From Oikopleura dioica (Eukaryota; Animalia; Chordata), in assembly GCA_907165135.1 (NCBI GenBank), contig OU015568.1, forward strand, positions 6,076,001 to 6,140,000: a DNA stretch of 64,000 nt. Direction: 5' to 3'. Below the pieces are notes generated by a model, which saw only the letters and a list, made by a program, of their open reading frames with translations, was not told where the DNA came from and made no database searches. The position numbers were made by a program, and so were the translations under genes. Position 1 is the stretch's first letter; each line of letters opens with the position of its first letter. Positions 25,801 to 35,700 of this stretch are shown here, in pieces.

Positions 25801-28800
25801 CGATTCTAAGGATGGGAAAGACGATAAACAACCAGAATCCAAGAAGATAAATACGACTAAGAACGTTGAAGATTTCCAACCATTCGACGTTCACTTTTAC
25901 ACAGTGAAGAAGAAGCGACCAGGAAAGGCTTATTTCGCTTCGGCTACCATCATTACGGGCTCTAAAAGTTTTGACGTATCGATGGAAGTCGACAGCGGAG
26001 CCGAGTCCTCCTGTCTGTCCGCTGCTTACGTTCCCGACGAATTTCTCCAGATGCTGAAGCCCTGTCCCTTCAAGGTCACCGGTTTCAGCCCAAATATTCC
26101 CGCCGAGCAGCCGATGGGTATCCTTCCCTGCCGCTTATCATTCAATGGTGGCCCTGCGTTCTCCTTGAATCTCACCATCATGCCAGGCAGTAAATACCCA
26201 AGTCTACTGGGCCGCGATATACTAGAGAATGCGATGACGGACAGCTTCACAGTCGACAATAAGAATCGTACTCTCTCATTTTGCTACAACGAAGCCTTCA
26301 CACAAACTGAGACTCAAGTGGTGAAGCTGGACGGAGTGAAGCGGACCAAAATCAAGAAATACTTGACGACTAGATCAGCGGTCAAAGACAGCGATCGGTC
26401 CCGCACTCAACCACCACGAGAAGTCCCAAAGCTGGACGCGCCGAACAAGAACGCAGCCAGGTGCCCCATTCAGCTAGCGAAGCAAAAACTCGGAATAACC
26501 CTACCAGCAGACGCAGACCCGGGGCAAAAGAAGATGGTCGCCGAGCTGTGTTTGGAATTCGACGACAGATTCGGCTGCGACGGTCAAAAAATGGGTGAAT
26601 TCCCGTTCGAGATCGAAATCCCGACTGATGGTACGAGTCGAAACATCAGTCAACACCCGATTCCGCAAGCTTTTCATGGTCAGGTCAGCGATCACATCTC
26701 CGAACTGCTCGAAACGAAAATAATAGAAGAGATCAAAGACCAGAAAGGGTTTAACAGCCCGGTATTGCCTATTCCTAAGAAATCTGGGGAAATGCGCTTC
26801 TGCATCAACTACAAAAACAGCCTGAACAAATGCCTCTCCGACAAATCCGACCCTTACCATCTCCCAAGCATGGAGGATACGATCGCGAACATTGGACCGG
26901 GCAATAAGTTTTTCGCCACAGTTGATCTACGAAGTGGATATTGGCAGTGCCCTGTAAAGAAAAGCGACAGGTACAAGACTTCCTTCCAGTGGGGTGGGAA
27001 ATCTTACGCCTTCTGCAGACTACCATTCGGTTATCGATGCTCGGGGAATATATTCTCGCGCGTCGTAAACACAATTCTCGACTCAAGCCCCACCAGGAAA
27101 AAGATGCTTTCTTATATCGATGACATAGTGTGTTTTGGGAAGACTTTCAGCTGCTATTACAACACTCTCCGAAACCTATTCATCGCGCTCCGCAAGTTTA
27201 ACGCTAAACTCAAGGGCGAAAAGTGCTCTTTCCTACAATCCGAAGCTCACTTTTTGGGCCGAATCATCAACGAAGATGGAATCAAACCGGACCCTGCGCA
27301 AGTCTCCGCTCTTCGTCAGATGAAACCCCCACGCTCCCAAAAGGAGTTAGCTTCATTAATCGGGTCATTGAATTGGATCCGAGGTTTTCTAGAAACGAAA
27401 ATGGGCGAAGCTATTTCATCCGGTTGCTTCTCGAGCAGAATGAAGCCCATAAACGATGTTCGAAATTCGGCGAACGAAACAAATTGTTTCAAGTGGACCA
27501 AAGAAGCGGATTTGGCGCTCAAGGAAATTCAACGACGACTCTCCGAGACTCCAGTCATAAGTTTTCCTAACTTTGACGAGTCTTTTCATCTCTACACAGA
27601 CGCGAGCCTGTACGCAGCGGGTGGCGTCCTGCTACAAGAGTATGGCGGGAGAGTGCACCTAGTAAGCGCGATTTCCCACACCTTCAACAAAGCTGAAAGA
27701 AAATGGAACACTTCAGAAAAGGAAATGTTTAGCATTGTCTGGTGCTGCGAGCGACTGGAAAAGCTCCTGAAAGGTAGATTCTTTCAGATTCACACAGACC
27801 ACCGATCTTTGATCTTCCTACACAAAAAGAAGTTCAAGAATTCTAAAATAAGCCGATGGCAAAGCCGATTGGAAGAATTCGATTTTCACATTGTCTACAT
27901 CAAGGGATCAGAAAATCAATTCGCCGACTTTATGAGCCGCAGACCTGGCGAGGACGACAAATCACTTGGATACGACTCCGAGTTTCCCGTTGGTCGCGAG
28001 TACGAAATCGACAAGAATTCACCAGTACGTGTCTTCGTCCCTTTCTGGAACGAAAATCAGTTTCCGGAGAAAATCACTTTATCAGAGGTGAAGATACATA
28101 AGGTAAACGTCAAGGCTATCGCGGCGCCAATGGAGATTCCGTTGGTGTCAGCGAATTATAATAACATTCTGGACTATCAAAGGGAGGACTCTGCTCTGAG
28201 TGCAATCATCACTTTTCTGGAATCTGGTAAGGAGCCACTGGACATAAAATCGCTGGTGAAGGACTCCGACCACCGACAATCGTCTCTACTCAAGATGGAA
28301 AAAGCTCTGTTCCTGGATAACACTACCGGGTGCTTGATGTGTCAATTCAAATCTGGCGCGCGGGCGGTGGTACCGGAAGCGGTAAAAAGTCACTTTCTCT
28401 TTCTAGCTCACGACTTGTCCGGTCATCTGGGCGAGCCGCGGACTTTAGAGCGATTAGAGGACGTTTGGTGGCCTTCATTTCAAGACGATGTTTCTAACTA
28501 CGTCCACAGCTGCGTCCCTTGCCTACGCAGAAAAGGATCTGCTGGAACTCGTACCAAACCGCCACTTGGAACCCTTCGTCGTGGAAAAACAGCTGGCGAA
28601 TCGATTCAGATCGATTTCGCTTGTATGCCTCCCGCTGGCGGATTCAAGTATTATTTGGTGGTGGCGGACACTTTCTCTCGCTACACTTGGTGCATTCCGA
28701 CACGGTCCGACACTGCTATCTGCGCCGCAAAAGCGCTCATCTACAAGGTCTTCCTTCCCATGGATTTCTTGCCGAAACATCTACACAGTGACAGAGGTAC

Positions 28801-31196
28801 CCACTTCTGCGCAAGCGTGATTGACGAAATGTGTAAGCTTAACCAGATAAAACATACAATAAGTACCGCATTTCACCCTCAATCAAACGCTTTCGCAGAA
28901 AGAGCGAATCGGACTATCAAAAACAGTCTATTCTGCATGGTCAACTCATCTTCCGGTCGAAAAACTTGGGCCGACTGCGTTCCCCACGTGATGCGCGCGC
29001 TCAATAGTGTGAAAAACAAAAGCACGAAAATTTCACCGCGAGAAGTTTGGTTTGGCCGAAAAAGTACTTTCACCCACTCTACTGGCGCAGAAATGACAGC
29101 GGAAACACCTCAGGTGTTTGGTCTCAATGTGGGAGCTTTAGCGAAATCGGCGGAAGCCATTGTGAAAACTGCGATGGAAGCTGCTGACCGAGCCATGGAG
29201 CACAGGCTGAAAAACGAGCCTAAGCCGAGACCAATCCCCGCTGGCGCTGTCGTGTACATTAAGCGAGAAAACCTGACCGACGCTAAAAGCAAGAAGGAAC
29301 GCTGGGTAGGTCCCCTGAAAGCCGTTTCGAGCAACGACTGGGTCGTCATGGTCGAAGATAAAAAAGGACAACGTGATTTCATCCATCGAGAACACGTGGT
29401 TCACGCCGCAGAACGAAATCACGACTTACGCTGGATTGATTACTACGAGGCCGAGTACGTATTCCCACATTTAACCGAAATCGTTAAGTCGAAAGTCCCA
29501 CAAAAATCGCCTGTTCCTACTTCCAAACCGATGGAAAAGTCCGGGTCGAAGTCGCATGGGGGGAGGAAATCTTCTCAGGTCGCGTCGACTCCGATGGTTG
29601 CTATGGAAAAACCGCCAAGATCATCTCTATCACCTATTTTGGAAAGTAGACGCCGATTGGACATGGAAAATCTGGGAGATACAACCGCTACATCTATTTT
29701 GGACTCGTCGGTAGCTCCAGCCGAGCCGTCAGATCGCTGGTACTCTGGTGGTACTCTTTATGAAACTGCCGAGGACATGTCAGCTGATGCTACAGTGATT
29801 TCGGAGGTTGCTGCGCCCGACAATAGCCATATGTCAGTCGATAAACAAAATTCAACAGTAGTTGAGGGCTCAGCAACTGAAAACAGCAAGAAAAGAACCC
29901 GTCCAAAGTCTTCACCAGATCGTCAATACTCAGCCGGCGCCGATCCGAATGCGACTTTAACCGAAGTTGGAGCAGCTCATCTCCCGAAACATACAAAACG
30001 AGCACACCGTGAAACGAGGCCCGTCGAACCTCTAAACATCGGCACAAACTCGGGTCAGTCATACGACTAAGCGCAAGTACTGCCCCACTCAGGTCCCCTA
30101 TTCATCGACCGGGGCCTGAAAAGGTACGGAAATTATCACAGTTTACCGTCGCCGACGTATTTTGAGTTCTTCTACATGTGCAGCTACTCCTTCATGTCAT
30201 CACCGCTCGGACATCACGAAAACTTCGCATCTGATTCAAGCTTTTTCCCAAAAAAGGGTTTTTTAACGCGAATCAGACTGCCTCGACGTTTCGAACCTGC
30301 CATGTTACTCATCTTACGCTTATACTCCTGCAAAAATCACACACTTTGGCCTTAGAGGACGTTTCAGTCTCATGGGGGGTATTGGGATCTTAGATTCGTT
30401 AGACTCCCTCGTCCCCTAAGGTCACTTGCTTATCTAGATCGAGCTTTGCTCGGTCGCCGCCGTGTATTTCTCTTCATTCGGTAATTCACGCAGTTCGTGA
30501 ATTAACCTCTATTTTACTCCAGCTCGAAATACAGACGTCAAAGATACTTTACTCGTTTTCTTCACTCGTCCAGATATAGAGAGCAGGCAAACTACGCTAG
30601 AAGTGGGAGATTCAGCAGAAGCTAGGATCCCTTCACTCTTTAACTGGCTTTCAAAATATCAGTCTACCCCGCTAATATTGACCATTCAGGAGAAAATATT
30701 TTTTTAAAGCCTCTTTCCTATAACCAGCTTGACAGGCCAGATCTAAGATTTCCTTGTCGCGAATGAGCTCATATTTTAGATACTTCAAATCGTTATCGAC
30801 ATTTTGCAAGGCTTCGGAAAGCGTTTCCAAATTCACAACCGGGCGAAAAACCGTCTCCATCAAAAGCTGGACGCCTTCTTTTAGCGCTCCTCGTTTGATG
30901 CTCAGCGCAAAGATCGTCGCTTCCTGGTCTGTCTGGCAGTCGCAAATTCCACCGTTCATTTCCAAAAACTCTCTGACTTGCGTTCTCGAAGCAAAAGAAT
31001 CTAGGGTCGCTCCAAAGGCCATTTTCTCGTCCAAGTGGGCGACGCCGTTTGGAATATCGACTGTATTCCGTGCCCCAGCGCGCAGAATAATCGCAATTGT
31101 GCAGTAATTTCCGTGAAGAGCAGATCGAGAGTAGAGATTCACATCGGAAGCTTTTGCTGAAAGAATTCTGTTTTCTAGGGATGAAAATTTAACCAT
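22840..31196 (-). CDS. PMPCA: Mitochondrial processing peptidase alpha-like, copy 2, split by LTR element 1
   Basis: 5' exon 30718-31196 (RAGARN..GVAHLDEKMAF..NGGICDCQ) continues after the element as RGNTIGLKR, then WEAP..LGGGRSFESGGAGKGL. The 3' end is uncertain. Confidence 0.78.
24147..24402 (+). repeat. 5' LTR, copy 1
   Basis: TATTGGGATC...GATCCCTTCA; direct repeat of 30380-30635. Confidence 0.95.
24917..30070 (+). CDS. Gag-pol polyprotein (PR-RT-RH-IN), 1717 aa
   Basis: DSG protease, YIDD RT, DAS/TDH RNase H, HHCC (HDLSGH..CVPC) and DDE integrase in Ty3/gypsy order; single ORF. Confidence 0.97.
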   Translation: MAANKSLLETVTEIRSINDRVNYLEEQVRNDESLKPSLEPLITESRVKLEQLSTTLLTCELDQGKDSTNATMREEAWVATTWSRHVQDLPKLDAACNTSFNTFLGRADIYHRAYVRDRPSREQPFIAAVYSHFDLNIERSLGTEFLNCQDWKSAKALLEKSFAAKSHYLLKLSEVFDVEYDHSKPFAHYTANVLQKMNEAKQATLNSYRQEKSADAGVDEIFDIFSTMMLYLNLRKEEPDVFNAILPSLSKVYDINELCRLAQSTRQNRVDSATVSQHFNRNKNKKKKNAKRASNDSKDGKDDKQPESKKINTTKNVEDFQPFDVHFYTVKKKRPGKAYFASATIITGSKSFDVSMEVDSGAESSCLSAAYVPDEFLQMLKPCPFKVTGFSPNIPAEQPMGILPCRLSFNGGPAFSLNLTIMPGSKYPSLLGRDILENAMTDSFTVDNKNRTLSFCYNEAFTQTETQVVKLDGVKRTKIKKYLTTRSAVKDSDRSRTQPPREVPKLDAPNKNAARCPIQLAKQKLGITLPADADPGQKKMVAELCLEFDDRFGCDGQKMGEFPFEIEIPTDGTSRNISQHPIPQAFHGQVSDHISELLETKIIEEIKDQKGFNSPVLPIPKKSGEMRFCINYKNSLNKCLSDKSDPYHLPSMEDTIANIGPGNKFFATVDLRSGYWQCPVKKSDRYKTSFQWGGKSYAFCRLPFGYRCSGNIFSRVVNTILDSSPTRKKMLSYIDDIVCFGKTFSCYYNTLRNLFIALRKFNAKLKGEKCSFLQSEAHFLGRIINEDGIKPDPAQVSALRQMKPPRSQKELASLIGSLNWIRGFLETKMGEAISSGCFSSRMKPINDVRNSANETNCFKWTKEADLALKEIQRRLSETPVISFPNFDESFHLYTDASLYAAGGVLLQEYGGRVHLVSAISHTFNKAERKWNTSEKEMFSIVWCCERLEKLLKGRFFQIHTDHRSLIFLHKKKFKNSKISRWQSRLEEFDFHIVYIKGSENQFADFMSRRPGEDDKSLGYDSEFPVGREYEIDKNSPVRVFVPFWNENQFPEKITLSEVKIHKVNVKAIAAPMEIPLVSANYNNILDYQREDSALSAIITFLESGKEPLDIKSLVKDSDHRQSSLLKMEKALFLDNTTGCLMCQFKSGARAVVPEAVKSHFLFLAHDLSGHLGEPRTLERLEDVWWPSFQDDVSNYVHSCVPCLRRKGSAGTRTKPPLGTLRRGKTAGESIQIDFACMPPAGGFKYYLVVADTFSRYTWCIPTRSDTAICAAKALIYKVFLPMDFLPKHLHSDRGTHFCASVIDEMCKLNQIKHTISTAFHPQSNAFAERANRTIKNSLFCMVNSSSGRKTWADCVPHVMRALNSVKNKSTKISPREVWFGRKSTFTHSTGAEMTAETPQVFGLNVGALAKSAEAIVKTAMEAADRAMEHRLKNEPKPRPIPAGAVVYIKRENLTDAKSKKERWVGPLKAVSSNDWVVMVEDKKGQRDFIHREHVVHAAERNHDLRWIDYYEAEYVFPHLTEIVKSKVPQKSPVPTSKPMEKSGSKSHGGRKSSQVASTPMVAMEKPPRSSLSPILESRRRLDMENLGDTTATSILDSSVAPAEPSDRWYSGGTLYETAEDMSADATVISEVAAPDNSHMSVDKQNSTVVEGSATENSKKRTRPKSSPDRQYSAGADPNATLTEVGAAHLPKHTKRAHRETRPVEPLNIGTNSGQSYD
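30380..30635 (+). repeat. 3' LTR, copy 1
   Basis: Follows the PPT and is followed by TSD CTCT. Confidence 0.95.
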
Positions 31197-31225
31197 GCGT
31201 ATTTGAAAAACATCAATTAATCAGT

Positions 31226-31392
31226 GGGAACCGTTTTAACGGGAAAATTCTTCCGGGTGCCAAATTAACGGATTTAAAATCACATAACAGTACAAAGAAG
31301 TGAGTAAAATCAGTTAACTTTGACACCCCTAGAGCATCAAATCCATTATCTTGGCACCCGCTAGACGAACTTTTCCGTTAAAATGGTAGCCC
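31226..31392. mobile_element. Small MITE-like inverted repeat in the divergent promoter region
   Basis: GGGAACCGTTTTAACGGGAAAA..CGGGTGCCAA / TTGGCACCCG..TTTTCCGTTAAAATGGTAGCCC; no clear TSD. Confidence 0.6.
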
Positions 31393-31984
31393 TTTAATAA
31401 AGGACCTATATAAATTCGTGGAAAAAACTACATCCCTTTTCCTTTTTCAACCCTAAAAGGATCCGGCGTTTTCGACGTAAATTCCAGTTTTTCAAAACCA
31501 GCCAACGGTTCCCTCAGCGCCGCCTGATTCTTCAGCCTTTTGCAAATCGACAAACTTCTTCCAAAGACTCTCCTCATCGCGATTTTCAATCTTCCCAAAT
31601 TTCAACGGAACCAACTTTCCTCTTTAGCGTCGCGAGAAAATGGTGCGCTCTTTTTGCTCTGATTGGCGCCCGCTAAAATCAATCCGAAAAACTGGAACAG
31701 AAAGAAAGAGAGAGACGCATTTTTCGAATTTTCATTTTTTTAGAGAAAAGACTTTTCCAAGAAATTTTCTTTACTTTCAGCCGAGAGAATTATTAAACTT
31801 ATAACACTTCATTTTTTTTGAACTTATAAAATTATTTTATTTTTCATTGTAATAATCATTGATTTGTCGTAAAGCTGCGTGCGGCTTTTCAAGATTTTCA
31901 TTTTGAAAAAGCCGCAAGCGGGTTTTGAGTCGTAGTTCAACTCAAAACGAAGTAATTCGAATATTGTTTTCCGGATTTCTCAGC

Positions 31985-32240
31985 TATTGGGATCTTAGAT
32001 TCGTTAGACTCCCTCGTCCCCTAAGGTCACTTGCTTATCTAGATCGAGCTTTGCTCGGTCGCCGCCGTGTATTTCTCTCCATTCGGTAATTCACGCAGTT
32101 CGTGAATTAACCTCTATTTTACTCCAGCTCGAAATACAGACGTCAAAGATACTTTACTCGTTTTCTTCACTCGTCCAGATATAGAGAGCAGGCAAACTAC
32201 GCTAGAAGTGGGAGATTCAGCAGAAGCTAGGATCCCTTCA
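31985..32240 (+). repeat. 5' LTR, copy 2
   Basis: Same 256-bp LTR; carries TCTCTCCATT where copy 1 has TCTCTTCATT. Confidence 0.95.
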
Positions 32241-32751
32241 GTGGTATCAGAGTAGTCCCGTTGGAGAAAAGATAAATTTTTCCGCCATCGACAACCGAAG
32301 TTTCGCAACTTGGACGCTGATTGGCCGTCAGCGGAGTCGAGGGGAACCGAATCACCAACCGCCACCGCGCCGCCGGAGAAACTCCACTCAGAGAATTTTC
32401 CGCACCACACCAACACCACCCCGAGCGAGCGCCACCGCACGAGCGCCACCACGACCCACGCGCCGAAAGTCGCGCCCACGCAACCACGCACGCACGCCGG
32501 GGAAAACCTAAAATACTGAGAAAAACATAATTCTTTCGCCACTTTTCACCAAAAATCGAGAGAAGTTTACGAAGAATCGACCCTTGGACCAGACCTTGAA
32601 ATTTCGACAATCGCTGGACAGAGAAATCGTCGGGCGTTTGCGCAAAAGGCACCTCAGCTCATCATATTGCGACTTTTAGTCGCAGTATTTTCTGAGGGCC
32701 TGAAAGGTAATCCAAGGCCCATAAACCCTTACTGCCGATATATTTCGAGCT

Positions 32752-35700
32752 ATGGCGGCGAACAAATCACTGCTAGAAACCGTCACCGAAATAAGAAGCA
32801 TAAACGATCGAGTAAACTACCTCGAAGAACAAGTGCGAAATGACGAATCACTAAAGCCAAGCCTAGAGCCCTTGATCACAGAAAGCAGAGTAAAATTAGA
32901 ACAGCTCAGTACAACGCTTCTTACCTGCGAGCTCGATCAAGGAAAAGACTCTACGAATGCGACAATGAGAGAAGAAGCATGGGTGGCCACTACCTGGTCT
33001 CGTCACGTCCAAGACTTGCCGAAGCTGGACGCCGCATGCAACACATCTTTCAACACCTTCTTGGGCAGAGCCGACATTTATCACCGCGCCTACGTCCGCG
33101 ACAGACCTTCACGTGAACAGCCTTTCATCGCAGCAGTGTACAGCCACTTCGACTTGAACATCGAACGCTCACTTGGAACCGAATTTCTGAATTGTCAAGA
33201 CTGGAAATCGGCCAAGGCGCTGCTAGAGAAATCATTCGCCGCGAAGAGTCACTACTTACTGAAGCTAAGCGAAGTTTTCGACGTCGAATACGACCATTCG
33301 AAGCCGTTTGCACACTACACCGCCAACGTCTTGCAAAAGATGAACGAGGCGAAGCAAGCGACTTTGAACTCTTACCGACAAGAGAAGTCAGCCGACGCCG
33401 GGGTCGATGAAATATTTGACATATTCTCGACGATGATGCTGTACTTGAATCTTAGGAAAGAAGAACCAGACGTTTTCAACGCAATCCTTCCAAGCCTATC
33501 AAAAGTTTACGATATCAACGAACTCTGCCGTCTCGCCCAATCCACAAGACAGAATCGAGTTGACAGCGCGACCGTCTCCCAGCACTTCAACAGAAATAAG
33601 AACAAAAAGAAGAAGAATGCTAAGCGCGCCAGCAACGATTCTAAGGATGGGAAAGACGATAAACAACCAGAATCCAAGAAGATAAATACGACTAAGAACG
33701 TTGAAGATTTCCAACCATTCGACGTTCACTTTTACACAGTGAAGAAGAAGCGACCAGGAAAGGCTTATTTCGCTTCGGCTACCATCATTACGGGCTCTAA
33801 AAGTTTTGACGTATCGATGGAAGTCGACAGCGGAGCCGAGTCCTCCTGTCTGTCCGCTGCTTACGTTCCCGACGAATTTCTCCAGATGCTGAAGCCCTGT
33901 CCCTTCAAGGTCACCGGTTTCAGCCCAAATATTCCCGCCGAGCAGCCGATGGGTATCCTTCCCTGCCGCTTATCATTCAATGGTGGCCCTGCATTCTCCC
34001 TGAATCTCACCATTATGCCAGGCAGTAAATACCCAAGTCTACTGGGCCGCGATATACTAGAGAATGCGATGACGGACAGCTTCACAGTCGACAATAAGAA
34101 TCGTACTCTCTCATTTTGCTACAACGAAGCCTTCACACAAACTGAGACTCAAGTGGTGAAGCTGGACGGAGTGAAGCGGACCAAAATCAAGAAATACTTG
34201 ACTACTAGATCAGCGGTCAAGGATAGCGATCGATCCCGCACTCAACCGCCACCAAAAGTCCCAAAGCTGGACGCACCTAACAAGAACGCAGCCAGGTGCC
34301 CCATTCAGCTAGCGAAGCAAAAACTCGGAATTACCCTACCAGCAAACGCCGACCCGGGGCAAAAGAAGGTGGTCGCCGAGCTGTGTTTGGATTTCGACGA
34401 CAGATTCGGCTGCGACGGTCAAAAAATGGGTGAATTCCCATTCGAGATCGAAATCCCGACTGATGGTACGAGTCGAAACATCAGTCAACACCCTATTCCG
34501 CAAGCTTTTCATGGCCAGGTCACTGATCACATCTCCGAACTGCTCGATACGAAAATAATAGAAGAGATCAAGGACCAGAAAGGGTTTAATAGCCCCGTTC
34601 TGCCAATCCCTAAGAAATCTGGGGAAATGCGCTTCTGCATCAACTACAAGAACAGCTTGAACAAATGCCTCTCCGACAAATCCGACCCATATCATCTTCC
34701 GAGCATGGAGGATACGATCGCGAACATTGGACCGGGCAACAAGTATTTCGCCACAGTTGATTTGCGGAGCGGATATTGGCAGTGCCCTATTAAGAAAAGC
34801 GATAGGTATAAGACTTCCTTCCAGTGGGGTGGGAAATCTTACGCCTTCTGCAGATTACCTTTCGGTTATCGATGCTCGGGGAATATATTCTCGCGCGTCG
34901 TAAACACGATTCTCGACTCAAGCCCCACCAGGAAGAAGATGCTTTCTTATATCGATGACATAGTATGTTTTGGGAAGTCTTTCAGCTGCTATTACAACAC
35001 TCTCCGAAACCTATTCATCGCGCTCCGCAAGTTTAACGCTAAACTCAAGGGCGAAAAGTGCTCTTTCCTACAATCAGAAGCTCACTTTTTGGGCCGAATC
35101 ATCAACGAAGAAGGAATCAAACCGGACCCTGCGCAAGTCTCCGCCCTTCGTCAGATGAAACCCCCACGCTCCCAAAAGGAGTTAGCTTCATTAATCGGGT
35201 CATTGAATTGGATCCGAGGTTTTCTAGAAACAAAAATGGGCGAAGCTATTTCATCCGGTTGCTTCTCGAGCAGAATGAAACCCATAAACGATGTTCGAAA
35301 TTCGGCGAACGAAACAAATTGTTTCAAGTGGACCAAAGAAGCGGATTTGGCGCTCAAGGAAATTCAACGACGACTCTCCGAGACTCCTGTCATAAGCTTT
35401 CCTAACTTTGACGAGTCTTTTCACCTCTACACAGACGCGAGCCTGTACGCAGCGGGTGGTGTTCTGCTACAAGAGTATGGCGGGAGAGTGCACCTAGTAA
35501 GCGCGATTTCCCACACCTTCAACAAAGCTGAAAGAAAATGGAACACTTCAGAAAAGGAAATGTTTAGCATTGTCTGGTGCTGCGAGCGACTGGAAAAGCT
35601 CCTGAAAGGTAGATTCTTTCAGATTCACACAGACCACAGATCTTTGATCTTCCTACACAAAAAGAAGTTCAAGAATTCTAAAATAAGCCGATGGCAAAGC

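Larger units (their letters stand above)
24147..30635 (+). mobile_element. Full-length Ty3/gypsy LTR retrotransposon, copy 1 (6489 bp)
   Basis: 256-bp LTRs at 24147-24402 and 30380-30635, identical by eye; 4-bp TSD CTCT; PBS TGGTATCAGAG 24404-24414; PPT ATGGGGGG 30372-30379; intact gag-pol. Confidence 0.97.
11886..31196 (-). other. Operon-like run of co-oriented housekeeping genes
   Basis: PMPCA2, STRIP, PMPCA1, IMMT, IFT20, XRCC1 and PPTC7 are all on the minus strand with ~100-200 nt spacers and splice-acceptor-like sites before the starts. Polycistronic SL trans-splicing is inferred, not shown. Confidence 0.55.

Noticed and set aside
30070-30380. env-like ORF in the retrotransposon
   Set aside because: Only ~310 nt lie between the pol stop and the 3' LTR, with no ORF.
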